From assembly GCA_046483985.1 (NCBI GenBank), contig JAWOCD010000011.1, positions 9,202-73,201 on the forward strand: DNA of 64,000 nt, given 5' to 3'. The notes beneath the pieces were generated by a model that had not been told where the DNA came from, did not search any database, and saw nothing but the letters and a program-made list of their open reading frames with translations. Source of the DNA: Promethearchaeia archaeon. Lineage in GTDB: Archaea > Asgardarchaeota > Lokiarchaeia > Sigyniarchaeales > SOKP01. Positions within the stretch are counted from its first letter, which is position 1; each line of letters starts with the position of its first letter. Shown piece after piece: positions 18,813-28,532 of the stretch. Made by a program: the position numbers and the translations under genes.

Positions 18813-20804
18813 TTATAATTCTTCCCTTATTTCTTCATAGAAATCTAAAGAATCTGGATTACTTAAAGCTCCACGATTACCAACGGACATACCTCGTAAG
18901 ATCTTCGTGACAGCTATTTCTACTTTCTTTCCACTGAAGGTATAAGGAATACAATTTTCAGGGACTTTCATGATTTGAGAAGGTACATGTCTGGGGGATG
19001 CATCATTTCTTAGGGTAGTTTTTATTTTGTCCTTTAGATCATCGGTCAACTCTACGCCTTCAGCAAGATTAACGAACAAGATAACTTCTACATCCCCTCT
19101 TTCTCCTTTATGACCGATCGCTAAACTGTCTTCTACTTCTGGGAGCTGTTCAACCACATTGTAGATTTCTGCTGTGCCAATTCTAACGCCAGATGGTTTC
19201 AGAGTAGCATCGGATCTTCCCAAAAAGGTTATTCCGCCCGTGTCACTATGGATGATTATCCAGTCTCCGTGCCGCCAGACATTTTTATCTTCGTAAAAGT
19301 TAAAGTAGGCATCCTTGTATTTGGTCATATTCTCATCATCTCCCCAGAAATATATGGGCATCGAGGGAGATGGAGCTTCACAGACAAGTTCTCCTTGCTG
19401 ATCCAGGACAGGCTTTCCTTCTGGATCGTATGCCTTAATTTTCATTGCTAATGCTGGAGCTTGTAATTCTCCCGAATATACCGGTTCGATTGGGAATGCT
19501 CCCGCAAAACATCCGTTAATATCGGTACCTCCCGAAATTGAATTTAGAAAAAGATCCTCCTTAATTTCATTATAGCAATATTCAAATCCTTCCGGACTCA
19601 AAGCACTCGCGGTTTGGGAGATCTCTCGTAAGCTCGATAAGTCATATTTCTCCTTCGGCTTTAGTCCTTTTCCCATTAATGTGTGAATATATGTCGCAGA
19701 CGTTCCAAAAATGGAAATATTATATTTTTCTATGAGTTCAAACATCCGTAAAGGTTCCGGATACAAGGGATTGCCATCATAGAGAAAAATAGTTGCGCCA
19801 ACACCTAAGGAACTAATTAACCAATTCCACATCATCCATGATGGCGCCGTGATATAATTGATAATATCATTTCTTGTCAGATCAGTAGATAGGATCAGTT
19901 CTTTAAGATGATTAATTAATACGCCTCCAGCACTTTGAACCATACATTTGGGTTTCCCCGTCGTTCCAGATGAAAACATAACATAAACGGGGTGTCCAAA
20001 CGGGAGTTGCTCAAATTGGAGTTTCGGATTCTCTTCTTTTGAGAGAAACTCATCCCAGTGAACTGCATTCGAAAGGCCGCTGATATCTGGTTTATCATCT
20101 GAAATATAAGAGACGACTACGATTTTTTCAATTGAGGGGATAGCATCAACTACTTCTTTTACATTAGAAAGAATGTTAAACTTCTTATCTTTATAAAAAT
20201 AACCATCCACTGTAAAGAGAACTTTCGGTTCAATTTGACCAAATCGGTCGATTACGGCACTTGCTTGTAACTCCGCGCCACAAGATGCCCAAGTAGCCCC
20301 AATTGCCGTTGTGGCGAGCATAGCAACAGGGGCTTCAATCAAGTTGGGGATATAAGATACTACTCTATCTTTAGGTTTAATTCCTTCCTCTTTCAAAGAT
20401 TTTGCGACTCTGGCAACAAGTGAATTCAGTTCTTTATAGGTAATTTTCTGTGTTTTTTTTGTTTCTCCTTGGAAGATAAAGGCTAATTGGTCATCATCAA
20501 ATTTCAGTAAATTTTCTGCAAAATTTAACCGAGCTCCCTTAAACCATTTACACCCCGGAAACTTATTGAGATCATCAACTATTTCAGTATACGGTTCAGA
20601 CGCTTTGATATCTCCAAAATCCCACATCGCCTCCCAAAAGTTCGGTATTTCTTGGATCGACCATTCATACAAATCGTCATAAGTTTCAATATTTTGGTTA
20701 TATTCTTCATTTACATAATTAATAAACCTAGTAACTTCAGCCTTCTCAATCCAATCCTTGGCAGGTGTCCATAATTTTTTTCTTTTTACCATTTTTTTCG
20801 CCAT
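18813..20804 (-). CDS. acsA: Acetoacetate-CoA ligase
   Basis: WFKGARLNFAENLL, FSSGTTGKPKC, WMMWNWL, SISGGTD, WRHGDW, GRSDATL.P.GVRIGT and SGKKVE motifs. Confidence 0.92.
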   Translation of the reverse strand: MAKKMVKRKKLWTPAKDWIEKAEVTRFINYVNEEYNQNIETYDDLYEWSIQEIPNFWEAMWDFGDIKASEPYTEIVDDLNKFPGCKWFKGARLNFAENLLKFDDDQLAFIFQGETKKTQKITYKELNSLVARVAKSLKEEGIKPKDRVVSYIPNLIEAPVAMLATTAIGATWASCGAELQASAVIDRFGQIEPKVLFTVDGYFYKDKKFNILSNVKEVVDAIPSIEKIVVVSYISDDKPDISGLSNAVHWDEFLSKEENPKLQFEQLPFGHPVYVMFSSGTTGKPKCMVQSAGGVLINHLKELILSTDLTRNDIINYITAPSWMMWNWLISSLGVGATIFLYDGNPLYPEPLRMFELIEKYNISIFGTSATYIHTLMGKGLKPKEKYDLSSLREISQTASALSPEGFEYCYNEIKEDLFLNSISGGTDINGCFAGAFPIEPVYSGELQAPALAMKIKAYDPEGKPVLDQQGELVCEAPSPSMPIYFWGDDENMTKYKDAYFNFYEDKNVWRHGDWIIIHSDTGGITFLGRSDATLKPSGVRIGTAEIYNVVEQLPEVEDSLAIGHKGERGDVEVILFVNLAEGVELTDDLKDKIKTTLRNDASPRHVPSQIMKVPENCIPYTFSGKKVEIAVTKILRGMSVGNRGALSNPDSLDFYEEIREEL

Positions 20805-20976
20805 TAATTAGTCAAACTTTTAAGTAAATAATAATAGATGTTTTCTATAATTTAAATCTTCACAAATTTTCAATTTTTAACATATAGATGAAATTAATGA
20901 AACATTTGAAAAAAAAAGTGAATAACTCTTTAAAAAAAATAAAAAGAAGTTATATGGATTTTTAAGAATTGGGAAT

Positions 20977-21882
20977 TTAGAGCTCAACTTCATCCTTGAG
21001 GCAATTAAAAATTTTAAGGGCCTCCTCACCTTGAGCAATCTCTCTACCAGCATCTTTTGCAACCTTTACTGCCCATTCAACTTGTTCCCAAGAACCTTTA
21101 GCCAAGTCACCTTCGATGTTACGGATATTATCCTCTAATCCAACTCTTATATGCCCACCTAAAGCCGCTGCGCACATTCCCGCTTGAAATTGCTGTTTAG
21201 CCACTCCGCACACACTCCAAGTAGCTTCTGGAGGCTTAAGTTGAAGCAGATGGGCAAGATTTAAAGGAGAAAAAGGAATACCACCAAGCACACCAAATAC
21301 AAATTGAAAATGAAGAGGTTGTTCAAAAAGACCCTCTTGCTTATTTAAAAAGAGCATATTATGTAATCCGCCCATATCATAAATTTCCATTTCTGGCTTG
21401 GTTTTCGCCTTTTTCATCTTTTTCGCGAACTTTTGGATGGTCTTAAACGAGTTTTCGAAAATATTCCCAGCAGCCATAATCACTTCTCCCGTTTTAAAAT
21501 CGCCAATGCTAAAATTCATGGAATTAGTATTTAAAGACGCAATGGGTGGTTTAAAAGTCTTTACCGGTTTTATCCGTTGTCTCTCAGATGCAACTGCACT
21601 AATAGCAGTGCTTAAATTAATGATCACATCAGGAGCTTTTGATTTTATATTTTCTAAGGCATCTCTGATTAAATCCAAGTCCCATGTTGGAATACCCTTC
21701 TCTGGATCTCGAATGTGAAGGTGTACAATTGCCGCTCCAGCGTCATAGCATTTCTTTGCTGCGTCACCGAATTCCTCTGCTGTATAAGGGACTGCTTCAT
21801 TTTGAGACTTTCGAGTTGCCGCTCCAGTCAAAGCTGCAGTAATTATCAACTTATTATCCGGATTTGATTTTGATGAATACAT
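20977..21882 (-). CDS. Beta-keto acid cleavage enzyme (BKACE/Kce, DUF849)
   Basis: ITAALTGA, GAAIVHLHIRD, KPEMEIYD and GGHIRVGLEDN motifs. Confidence 0.93.
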   Translation of the reverse strand: MYSSKSNPDNKLIITAALTGAATRKSQNEAVPYTAEEFGDAAKKCYDAGAAIVHLHIRDPEKGIPTWDLDLIRDALENIKSKAPDVIINLSTAISAVASERQRIKPVKTFKPPIASLNTNSMNFSIGDFKTGEVIMAAGNIFENSFKTIQKFAKKMKKAKTKPEMEIYDMGGLHNMLFLNKQEGLFEQPLHFQFVFGVLGGIPFSPLNLAHLLQLKPPEATWSVCGVAKQQFQAGMCAAALGGHIRVGLEDNIRNIEGDLAKGSWEQVEWAVKVAKDAGREIAQGEEALKIFNCLKDEVEL

Positions 21883-22196
21883 TTTTTAATTAAACTTTTG
21901 TTTTTAATTGGAAATTCTATATATAGAATTTTTTTTAGAAAAGATATATTGAATAATAACTTATATCTCTTTCTTTATAAATCTTAAAAAATCATAAAAA
22001 TTAAATTAAAAATTACCGATTTTCGTATTTCTTAAGGAATTTAGTCATTATAAAGTATAAAAATGCAGAAATTAGTTTGCTTTCTATTATCATCTTTTGG
22101 ATTCTGAAAATATGAAAAAATAATGATGTCTCACAATTCCTTTAAGAAATTGCTTTAAAAATGGAAATTAAAAAAAAAGTTTAAAAAATGATGGTT

Positions 22197-22718
22197 TTAT
22201 TCCTCGTTATCCTCCTCTTCGTTAATTTCCTTTGCTGGGTCGGGTATTACATCATAATGATCAATATCCATCCATTGTCCCTTTCTTTCATCCGCCCATG
22301 CTACTTTTAATGGCATCCCCACATACACATCATGAAAATCCACTTGCTCTTCATTTAAGTTTTGAATAAATACTGTATCTGCTCCATCTTGTTGCACAGC
22401 AACAACAGGAAAAGGTACTTTTTCTCCCTCCTCATTTTCTTCGTAAGTTGCTGAAAACGTTGAGACTTTTGCCGTCTTTGGGAGTGTTACCCATTGATCG
22501 GGCTTTTTAAGGCATCTTCCACAGATCAAACGAGGTGGAAACGAAACTGTATTACAGGATCTACATTTTAATCCGAGTAAATTGCCTTCTTTTAATCCTT
22601 GCAAGAAAACTTTAATTCGGGAGAGGTTAAATTTATAATTATAACTGCTTAAATACCAATGTCCCTTTGTGGTTTTTGTCTTCTTATATTCCTTTTTCTC
22701 ATAATCTGGTAAAGGCAT
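22197..22718 (-). CDS. DUF35 Zn-ribbon/OB-fold protein (cassette 1, downstream)
   Basis: CRSC...FPPR..CGRC zinc ribbon, DGADT and VGMPLKVAW OB fold. Confidence 0.92.
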   Translation of the reverse strand: MPLPDYEKKEYKKTKTTKGHWYLSSYNYKFNLSRIKVFLQGLKEGNLLGLKCRSCNTVSFPPRLICGRCLKKPDQWVTLPKTAKVSTFSATYEENEEGEKVPFPVVAVQQDGADTVFIQNLNEEQVDFHDVYVGMPLKVAWADERKGQWMDIDHYDVIPDPAKEINEEEDNEE

Positions 22719-22736
22719 TAGTCAACATTTCACCTC

Positions 22737-23981
22737 CTATGTAAATTTTCTCCTTGGCTTATCGGCCAATACAATATGTGTAATAAAATTTATCGCGCCA
22801 CCCCAACCATGCCCTAAAGCGGTATGTACTGTTTTAGGAACCCGGTTTCCAGCTTTGCCCATAATTTGTAGCGCCGCTTCAGCTGGTCGTTCCATCGCAG
22901 ATGCACCAATAGCATTAGTTGAATTTACTCCACCCGAACAATTCACGGGTAACTCCCCATCACGAGCAGTGACTCCATTTTTATAGGCTTCGGGTGCAGA
23001 ATTAGGCTCAAATAAACCCGTTCTTTCTACCCACATTAATTCTTGATTTGGAAAGGGAGAATACACTTCAGCATAATCAATTTCTTTTTGTGGAAAAGCA
23101 ATTCCTGCTTGACCGTAAGCAATTTCTGCGGATTTAACAGCGCCTAACTGTTCTGTGGGGTCTACTTGACCAGCACCAGAAACATCAACCCCTATAATCG
23201 CGGGCTCATTAGCTATACTGGCTACCCCATTAACGTAGACTGGAATATCTGCAATTTCTTTTGCTTTCTCTTCTGTGGTGAATAGAACCGCGCAAGCTCC
23301 ATCCGATGCCGGACACACCATCCCAAACCTTAGGGGATAGGAAATATAAGGGGTATCGAGCACATCATCAATGGTTAAATTGGGCATTTTTAAATGGGTC
23401 CACCAATTTTTAGCAGCGTTTCTGCGATTTTGAACAACAACACGGGCTAAATCTTCTTCGGTTGCTTTAGTCCGTTTCATATAATTCATAGCTTGATATG
23501 ACGCAACTCCTATAGCTGCTCCCGCCCCCATATTTCTCCTCAATCTATCAATATCATAGCCAAGTTGGGGAAAGATTGATACCTCCCCTAAAGCTACAGA
23601 AGATAATCCCACAGTAGTATCACCACATGATTGCTGTTCAAACGCAATAGCCAAAACCGTATCATATAGTCCCGATGCAACTGCATAATACCCAGAAATA
23701 AAAACTGATCCTCCAGTTGTTCCGCCAGTAGTTACCCTTAAAAGAGGTTTATCTTTTGCGGCAATATGATCGGTCATCCATAATTCGGGCATATTAGCTC
23801 CCTCAAATGCGGGCATATTTCCATTAATAACACAATCGATATCTTTCCACTCCACAGAATCGGCTTTCTCTAAACAATCTTCGACTGCTTCGTTTACCAT
23901 CTCGGCCATATTCACATCAGAGCGTTTCGATGCATGCTCACAAAACCCACAGCTAATTACAGCAGGTTGAATTTTTTCCAT
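22737..23981 (-). CDS. Ltp3-like thiolase-fold protein (no acylating Cys), cassette 1
   Basis: FEGANMPELW, KPLLRVTTGGTTGGS (Gly at the usual Cys position), CPASDGA, AEVYSPF, SGGVNSTNAIGAS and ALGHGWGG parallel actinobacterial Ltp3. Confidence 0.82.
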   Translation of the reverse strand: MEKIQPAVISCGFCEHASKRSDVNMAEMVNEAVEDCLEKADSVEWKDIDCVINGNMPAFEGANMPELWMTDHIAAKDKPLLRVTTGGTTGGSVFISGYYAVASGLYDTVLAIAFEQQSCGDTTVGLSSVALGEVSIFPQLGYDIDRLRRNMGAGAAIGVASYQAMNYMKRTKATEEDLARVVVQNRRNAAKNWWTHLKMPNLTIDDVLDTPYISYPLRFGMVCPASDGACAVLFTTEEKAKEIADIPVYVNGVASIANEPAIIGVDVSGAGQVDPTEQLGAVKSAEIAYGQAGIAFPQKEIDYAEVYSPFPNQELMWVERTGLFEPNSAPEAYKNGVTARDGELPVNCSGGVNSTNAIGASAMERPAEAALQIMGKAGNRVPKTVHTALGHGWGGAINFITHIVLADKPRRKFT

Positions 23982-23983
23982 TT

Positions 23984-25141
23984 TTAGGCAGCACCTCCTT
24001 CTAATACAAATATTATATTATTCTGCGCACAGAATCCAACTTGCCCAGACGCGATTGCTCTTTTTGCCCCCGAAACTTGATGGCCTTCCGCTTCCCCACG
24101 AATTTGTTTCGCTGCCTCAATAATTCTCGTTAGCCCGTTTGCACATGGAGTATATCCCGCCATTGTTCCGCCGGAAGGATTCAAAATCTCCTTATCCACC
24201 AATTCGACACCTTTTCCTTTTTCAGCTAATTTTGCGGCTTCTGATAAAATTAAATCCTCACATGCCGTATGTCCGAATATCTCGGCAACATCGATTTCCT
24301 TTTTTGGATCCCGAATATTAGCCATTTCATACGCTTTCTTAGAAGCTCGTTCCATTGATTTGCTTGTACTAAGGTCCCGATCTCCTATATAATAGGTATC
24401 ATTATTATGCCCTACACCTGTAATCCATACGGGGTTGTCAGTGATTTTTAACGCTAATCTTTCTGGGGCGATAATCACTACTGAGCAAGAATCACATAGT
24501 ATAGGATACATCAACTCTCTTAAAGGAGAACTTAAATAGTCAGATTCAAGCACATCTTCAACTGTGATACCCGATTTCTGAGCTTCGGAAAGCGCTAAGG
24601 GATTTTTAGCCGCATTTTTATAATTGGATACCGCCATTTTCGCTATAACTTCCTTAGATACCCCAAAATTATGCATATATGCCCTCATTTGCATTGCACC
24701 TGTCGTATAACTGTTGAGTAAATTAATCTGTCTATCAAAAGTGGGATCATTCTCTAAAACTCGGGTAGATTCATATGGGAAACATGAAGGCATGCTCGTT
24801 CCGTATATTACTGCAAGATTGTGATTGCCTGATAATATTCTCCATAGACCGTACATCAACCCATGTGCACCATCCATTTCTACCTTAGTTTCATCCTTCA
24901 TATAGGCTCCCCCAGACTCAACCTTAAAACAGTTTGATATCGTCTTTCCATCATAATAATCATTATTGACACCCACTACAGTTGTGATATCATCTCGTTT
25001 TAAATTTGCATAGTCCAAAGCCCCTCTGACTGCCGTGAAGTCCATTTCATATTGGCTCATTTTCATATCTAAATCGGGTTTCACTTGGTAATATCCTACT
25101 ATTCCAACTTTATGCACCTCATTCACCTCCCAAGGGTTCAA
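23984..25141 (-). CDS. Ltp4-like degenerate thiolase-fold protein, cassette 1
   Basis: DYYDGKTIS, ETKVEMDGA (cf. Ltp4 ESHVEMDAA), NPSGG and C-terminal AQNNIIFVLEG. Confidence 0.82.
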   Translation of the reverse strand: MNPWEVNEVHKVGIVGYYQVKPDLDMKMSQYEMDFTAVRGALDYANLKRDDITTVVGVNNDYYDGKTISNCFKVESGGAYMKDETKVEMDGAHGLMYGLWRILSGNHNLAVIYGTSMPSCFPYESTRVLENDPTFDRQINLLNSYTTGAMQMRAYMHNFGVSKEVIAKMAVSNYKNAAKNPLALSEAQKSGITVEDVLESDYLSSPLRELMYPILCDSCSVVIIAPERLALKITDNPVWITGVGHNNDTYYIGDRDLSTSKSMERASKKAYEMANIRDPKKEIDVAEIFGHTACEDLILSEAAKLAEKGKGVELVDKEILNPSGGTMAGYTPCANGLTRIIEAAKQIRGEAEGHQVSGAKRAIASGQVGFCAQNNIIFVLEGGAA

Positions 25142-25595
25142 ACCCTTCTATATCTGATGGATCTCCTTCACGCTTTTCACTCCAGACAATTTGCATTTTC
25201 ATATTCATTTTTAAATCTCCCAGTTCGGTATTAATAATTGGGAGAACCATGGCTGTATCAGCTCCATCTATTTTTATTAACCCAACCGTATTTTCTGAAC
25301 GACTCTTTCTTTTTCTTCGTTCTGAAATTTTATAGGGTGTCACAGTAAAATTCTTCAATGTTCCCGTATCGGGCAATACGATATATTCTTCTGCTTTGGT
25401 GAAACAATCTCCGCATCTCTTTCTTGGGGGGATAAATATTTTACCACATTTATTGCATTTGTTACCGATTAATTGCTGATTCTCTAATCCCTCGAAAAAT
25501 TTATCCATAGGTTCGCCAACCCAAAAATCAAATTCTGCACGTACCATTCCACGAGTTACGTAAATGTCTTGGTCTTCTTCTAAATCAATAGGCAT
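25119..25595 (-). CDS. DUF35 Zn-ribbon/OB-fold protein (cassette 1, upstream)
   Basis: CNKC..IFIPPRKRCGDC and IDGADT; likely ATG at 25595. Confidence 0.92.
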   Translation of the reverse strand: MPIDLEEDQDIYVTRGMVRAEFDFWVGEPMDKFFEGLENQQLIGNKCNKCGKIFIPPRKRCGDCFTKAEEYIVLPDTGTLKNFTVTPYKISERRKRKSRSENTVGLIKIDGADTAMVLPIINTELGDLKMNMKMQIVWSEKREGDPSDIEGFEPLGGE

Positions 25596-25903
25596 TTCAT
25601 TCACTTATCTTTTTTGAATTTTTTATTTAATTACGTTTTATTTTTTAAAAATTGGATATAAATATTTTTCTTTTCCCTAAATATATATTTTTAATTTTTC
25701 TGTTTTGATAATTTGTTTTTATATTATTTTCATAGATTCCACATTTTATGAATTTTTAATCATTGAACCTCTCTTTTTCTATTAAAATTATAATTATGGA
25801 GGAATTACTACCTCTTATGGAGAATTTCTGTTAAATTTCATAAAAGTTTTAACTTTTTATAAATGAAAAGTATTAAATTATAAAAAAACCCATAAATATT
25901 AAT

Positions 25904-27640
25904 ATGGAATTTAATAATGAGATCAAAAGATCGGACTACAAATCACGTTTTTGGAAAAACAACTGGGATGAAGGATTAGAAGACCTAGATCCCAATAAAT
26001 GGAAAAAATTGGGATCTTTTGATAATGCCTTACGGCACGCATTTGAAACATATCCAAATAGAAATGCTTTATCATTTTTGGGTGTTGAAATCACCTTTCG
26101 AGAGCTTGATAAATATTCCAATCAATTCGCAAATATGCTCCTCGACAAAGGGTTTCAAAAGGGAGATATTGTTGCTATAGCTATGCCTAACATTCCTGAA
26201 TATATCATTGCAATAGTAGGGGGCTTAAAAGCAGGTTGTACGGTCTCAGGTGTGAGTCCCTTGTTTTCAGATGTTCAAATGGAATATCAATTAAATGATT
26301 TAGGAAGCTCTGGTAGGAAGATATGTTTAGTAACCTTAGATGCAATATTTGAAGAGCGAGTAACTAAAATCCATCATTTGATAAAACAGATCAAATTGGT
26401 GGTGGCAGGAAACCTAGGAGATTTTTTACCAGCTTACAAACGCTTTTTGGGAAAATTATTGAACAAAATTCCCAAAGGGAAGGTAACTCCTTTACCAGAG
26501 AAGGAAGTTTTGGACTTTCATAATGATATATTGAACACTTATCCCCATACTGCAGTGAACGTAGAAGTAGATAATGAAGATATAGCCTTTATTCAATATA
26601 CTGGAGGAACCACTGGAACGCCGAAAGGCGCGAAGTTAACACATAAGAATATTCTTTCCGATTTACTTATTGTGCAAGAGTGGTTGGGGTGGGAAGAAGG
26701 AAAAGGAACTGCTCTATCGGGGTTCCCATTTTTTCACATTGCCGGTTTGTTCTTCTGTGAAAATTGTCTATATCTTGGCTGGCAACAATGCTTAATTCCA
26801 GATCCCCGGGATGCTTCCCATATTTGCGATGAAATAGAAAAATATAAGCCAACGGCCTTAGTCAATGTCCCCTCCTTATTTCAGATTCTATTAAAAGAAC
26901 CAGAATTTAAAGAACTTGATCATTCTAATTTAGAGTTTTGTATATCCGCAGCCTCCCCGTTTCCTGTAGAATCGCAAGAGAAATTAGAAGCAATTATAGG
27001 AGAAGGAAAATTATTGGAGGTTTATGGGATGACTGAAACTTCTCCGCTCACTACTATGAATCCTGCCCACGGTGAAAAAAAACTCGGGTCTATCGGATTG
27101 CCTTTACTAAATACTGAATTAAAATTGGTTGCACCCGATACCGGTGAAGAAGTCCCAATCGGAGAGCCAGGCGAAATATGCGTCAAGGGACCTCAAGTAA
27201 TGAAAGGGTATTTAAATAAGCCAGAAGAAACTGAAAAAGCAATTGACTCAGAGGGTTATATGCATACTGGCGATGTCGCCATAATGGATGAGGAAGGATA
27301 TTTAAGAATTGTAGATCGCACGAAAGATATGATAAATGTCTCGGGTTATAAGGTATTTTCTACCAAAGTTGAAGACACTTTATCAAAACACCCGGCAATA
27401 GACATGATTGCGTTGGTAGGAGTTGATAACCCCGAAAGACCCGGTTCTGAAATAGTAAAAGCATATATTAAATTAACTGCTGAGTATGAAGAGACCCCCG
27501 CCGAAGAAGTTAAAGCAGATATCATTGAGTATGCGAAGGAACACTGCGCGCCCTATGAAGTCCCAAAAATCATTGATATTTCAAAGGAAATGCCTATGAC
27601 AGGAGTGGGTAAGATAGATAAGAAAATCCTAAGAGATTGA
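25904..27640 (+). CDS. Long-chain-fatty-acid-CoA ligase (FadD/LcfA-like)
   Basis: YTGGTTGTPKG, YGMTETSP, HTGD, DRTKDMINVSG and GKIDKK motifs. Confidence 0.93.
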   Translation: MEFNNEIKRSDYKSRFWKNNWDEGLEDLDPNKWKKLGSFDNALRHAFETYPNRNALSFLGVEITFRELDKYSNQFANMLLDKGFQKGDIVAIAMPNIPEYIIAIVGGLKAGCTVSGVSPLFSDVQMEYQLNDLGSSGRKICLVTLDAIFEERVTKIHHLIKQIKLVVAGNLGDFLPAYKRFLGKLLNKIPKGKVTPLPEKEVLDFHNDILNTYPHTAVNVEVDNEDIAFIQYTGGTTGTPKGAKLTHKNILSDLLIVQEWLGWEEGKGTALSGFPFFHIAGLFFCENCLYLGWQQCLIPDPRDASHICDEIEKYKPTALVNVPSLFQILLKEPEFKELDHSNLEFCISAASPFPVESQEKLEAIIGEGKLLEVYGMTETSPLTTMNPAHGEKKLGSIGLPLLNTELKLVAPDTGEEVPIGEPGEICVKGPQVMKGYLNKPEETEKAIDSEGYMHTGDVAIMDEEGYLRIVDRTKDMINVSGYKVFSTKVEDTLSKHPAIDMIALVGVDNPERPGSEIVKAYIKLTAEYEETPAEEVKADIIEYAKEHCAPYEVPKIIDISKEMPMTGVGKIDKKILRD

Positions 27641-27745
27641 ACTACCACGCCATAAATGTCGGTGGATTCGTGCTCTCCGCTACGGCGGATAACACTTGCT
27701 GGTTCTCCAGCGGCTCTCGCATGGTTTCTATTCATTGCGAACTGT
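27617..27745 (-). ncRNA. Putative omegaRNA/reRNA-like scaffold plus flank-derived guide
   Basis: Four consecutive hairpins (27717-27740, 27698-27711, 27670-27695, 27645-27665) lie downstream of a BRE/TATA-like motif and end at the element's right end. Boundaries are inferred. Confidence 0.5.
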
Positions 27746-27845
27746 TTTCTCGGAATTCTTATATATATCCTTTCCGTTATTTAAATGGTTGGATTGGTGC
27801 GATTCATCGCACACCTAAAGGAGTATGTTTTCTCGCACATTTTGG
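27637..27845 (-). mobile_element. Non-autonomous IS200/IS605-family miniature element (PATE/MITE-like), 209 bp
   Basis: On the minus strand: TTTAT target motif, left-end hairpin GTGCGA...CCTTTAGG...TCGCAC (27797-27838), and right-end hairpin GAATCCACCGACATTTATGGCGTGGTAG ending in TTCAA. No target duplication. Deleting 27637-27845 gives CTA AGA GAA TAA, an intact in-frame end for the ligase gene. Confidence 0.85.
27757..27776 (-). promoter_or_regulatory. Archaeal BRE/TATA-like promoter inside the miniature element
   Basis: Minus strand reads CGGAAAGG-ATATATATAAG, about 20-25 nt upstream of the first hairpin. Confidence 0.5.
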
Positions 27846-28019
27846 ATAAAAATAAAAATTGGGATCAGTAAAAAACAGTCACAAAATCAGTAATAATTCT
27901 GACAAATTATTATTACTACTCGTATAATCAGTAATTAAAAATAGCACGAAATTTTCTAAATGTGAAAAAAACATGAATTTTAAAAAAAAAAAAATAGCAA
28001 AAAAAAATAAAGAAAATTA

Positions 28020-28520
28020 TTATAAATCCTTTGAATCGTCTTCTATAGGCTCGTAATGATCAATCGCGGAAATATTAGCTACTGGCTCTTCAGACCATAC
28101 CACTTTAACTGGCATTCCGACATACACATCTTCAAAATCTATATCCTTTCTCAATGATGCTAACATTGTCGTATCACAGCCATCATGACGGACTGCAACA
28201 ACCGGTTTTTCAGCAACTTCTCCAGTTTCGGGATCTTTTTCATAGGTTATACTATATGTGGCAATTTGAGCCGTTTCACGAATATCTACCCATCTGTCGG
28301 GTTTAATAAAGCACTTTCCACAGACCAGTTTTGGAGGAAAAAACACCGCATTACAACTCCGACATTGATTTCCAACTAACTTTCTCTCCTTTAATTTCTC
28401 AAAGAATGGTTGAAAATGAGTGAAGTCAAATCGGAATTTATACTTGGATAAATACCAATTAGCGCCAATTGTTCTTGTCTCTTCATATTCTTTTCTTTCA
28501 TACTCCAATTTTTTTGACAT
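28020..28520 (-). CDS. DUF35 Zn-ribbon/OB-fold protein (cassette 2, downstream)
   Basis: CRSC..VFFPPK..CGKC; clear paralogue of 22197-22718 (WYLSxY, KPDxWV, DVYVGMP, IDHY). Confidence 0.92.
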   Translation of the reverse strand: MSKKLEYERKEYEETRTIGANWYLSKYKFRFDFTHFQPFFEKLKERKLVGNQCRSCNAVFFPPKLVCGKCFIKPDRWVDIRETAQIATYSITYEKDPETGEVAEKPVVAVRHDGCDTTMLASLRKDIDFEDVYVGMPVKVVWSEEPVANISAIDHYEPIEDDSKDL

Positions 28521-28532
28521 TTTATTAACCTC

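Noticed and set aside
27553-27849. Short ORFs 27637-27849 (+) and 27553-27735 (-)
   Set aside because: They coincide with the hairpin-rich miniature element and have no protein-like features.
27863-27935. Three copies of atcagtaa in the spacer between convergent genes
   Set aside because: Short, irregularly spaced and in very AT-rich DNA; neither a CRISPR array nor in a promoter position.
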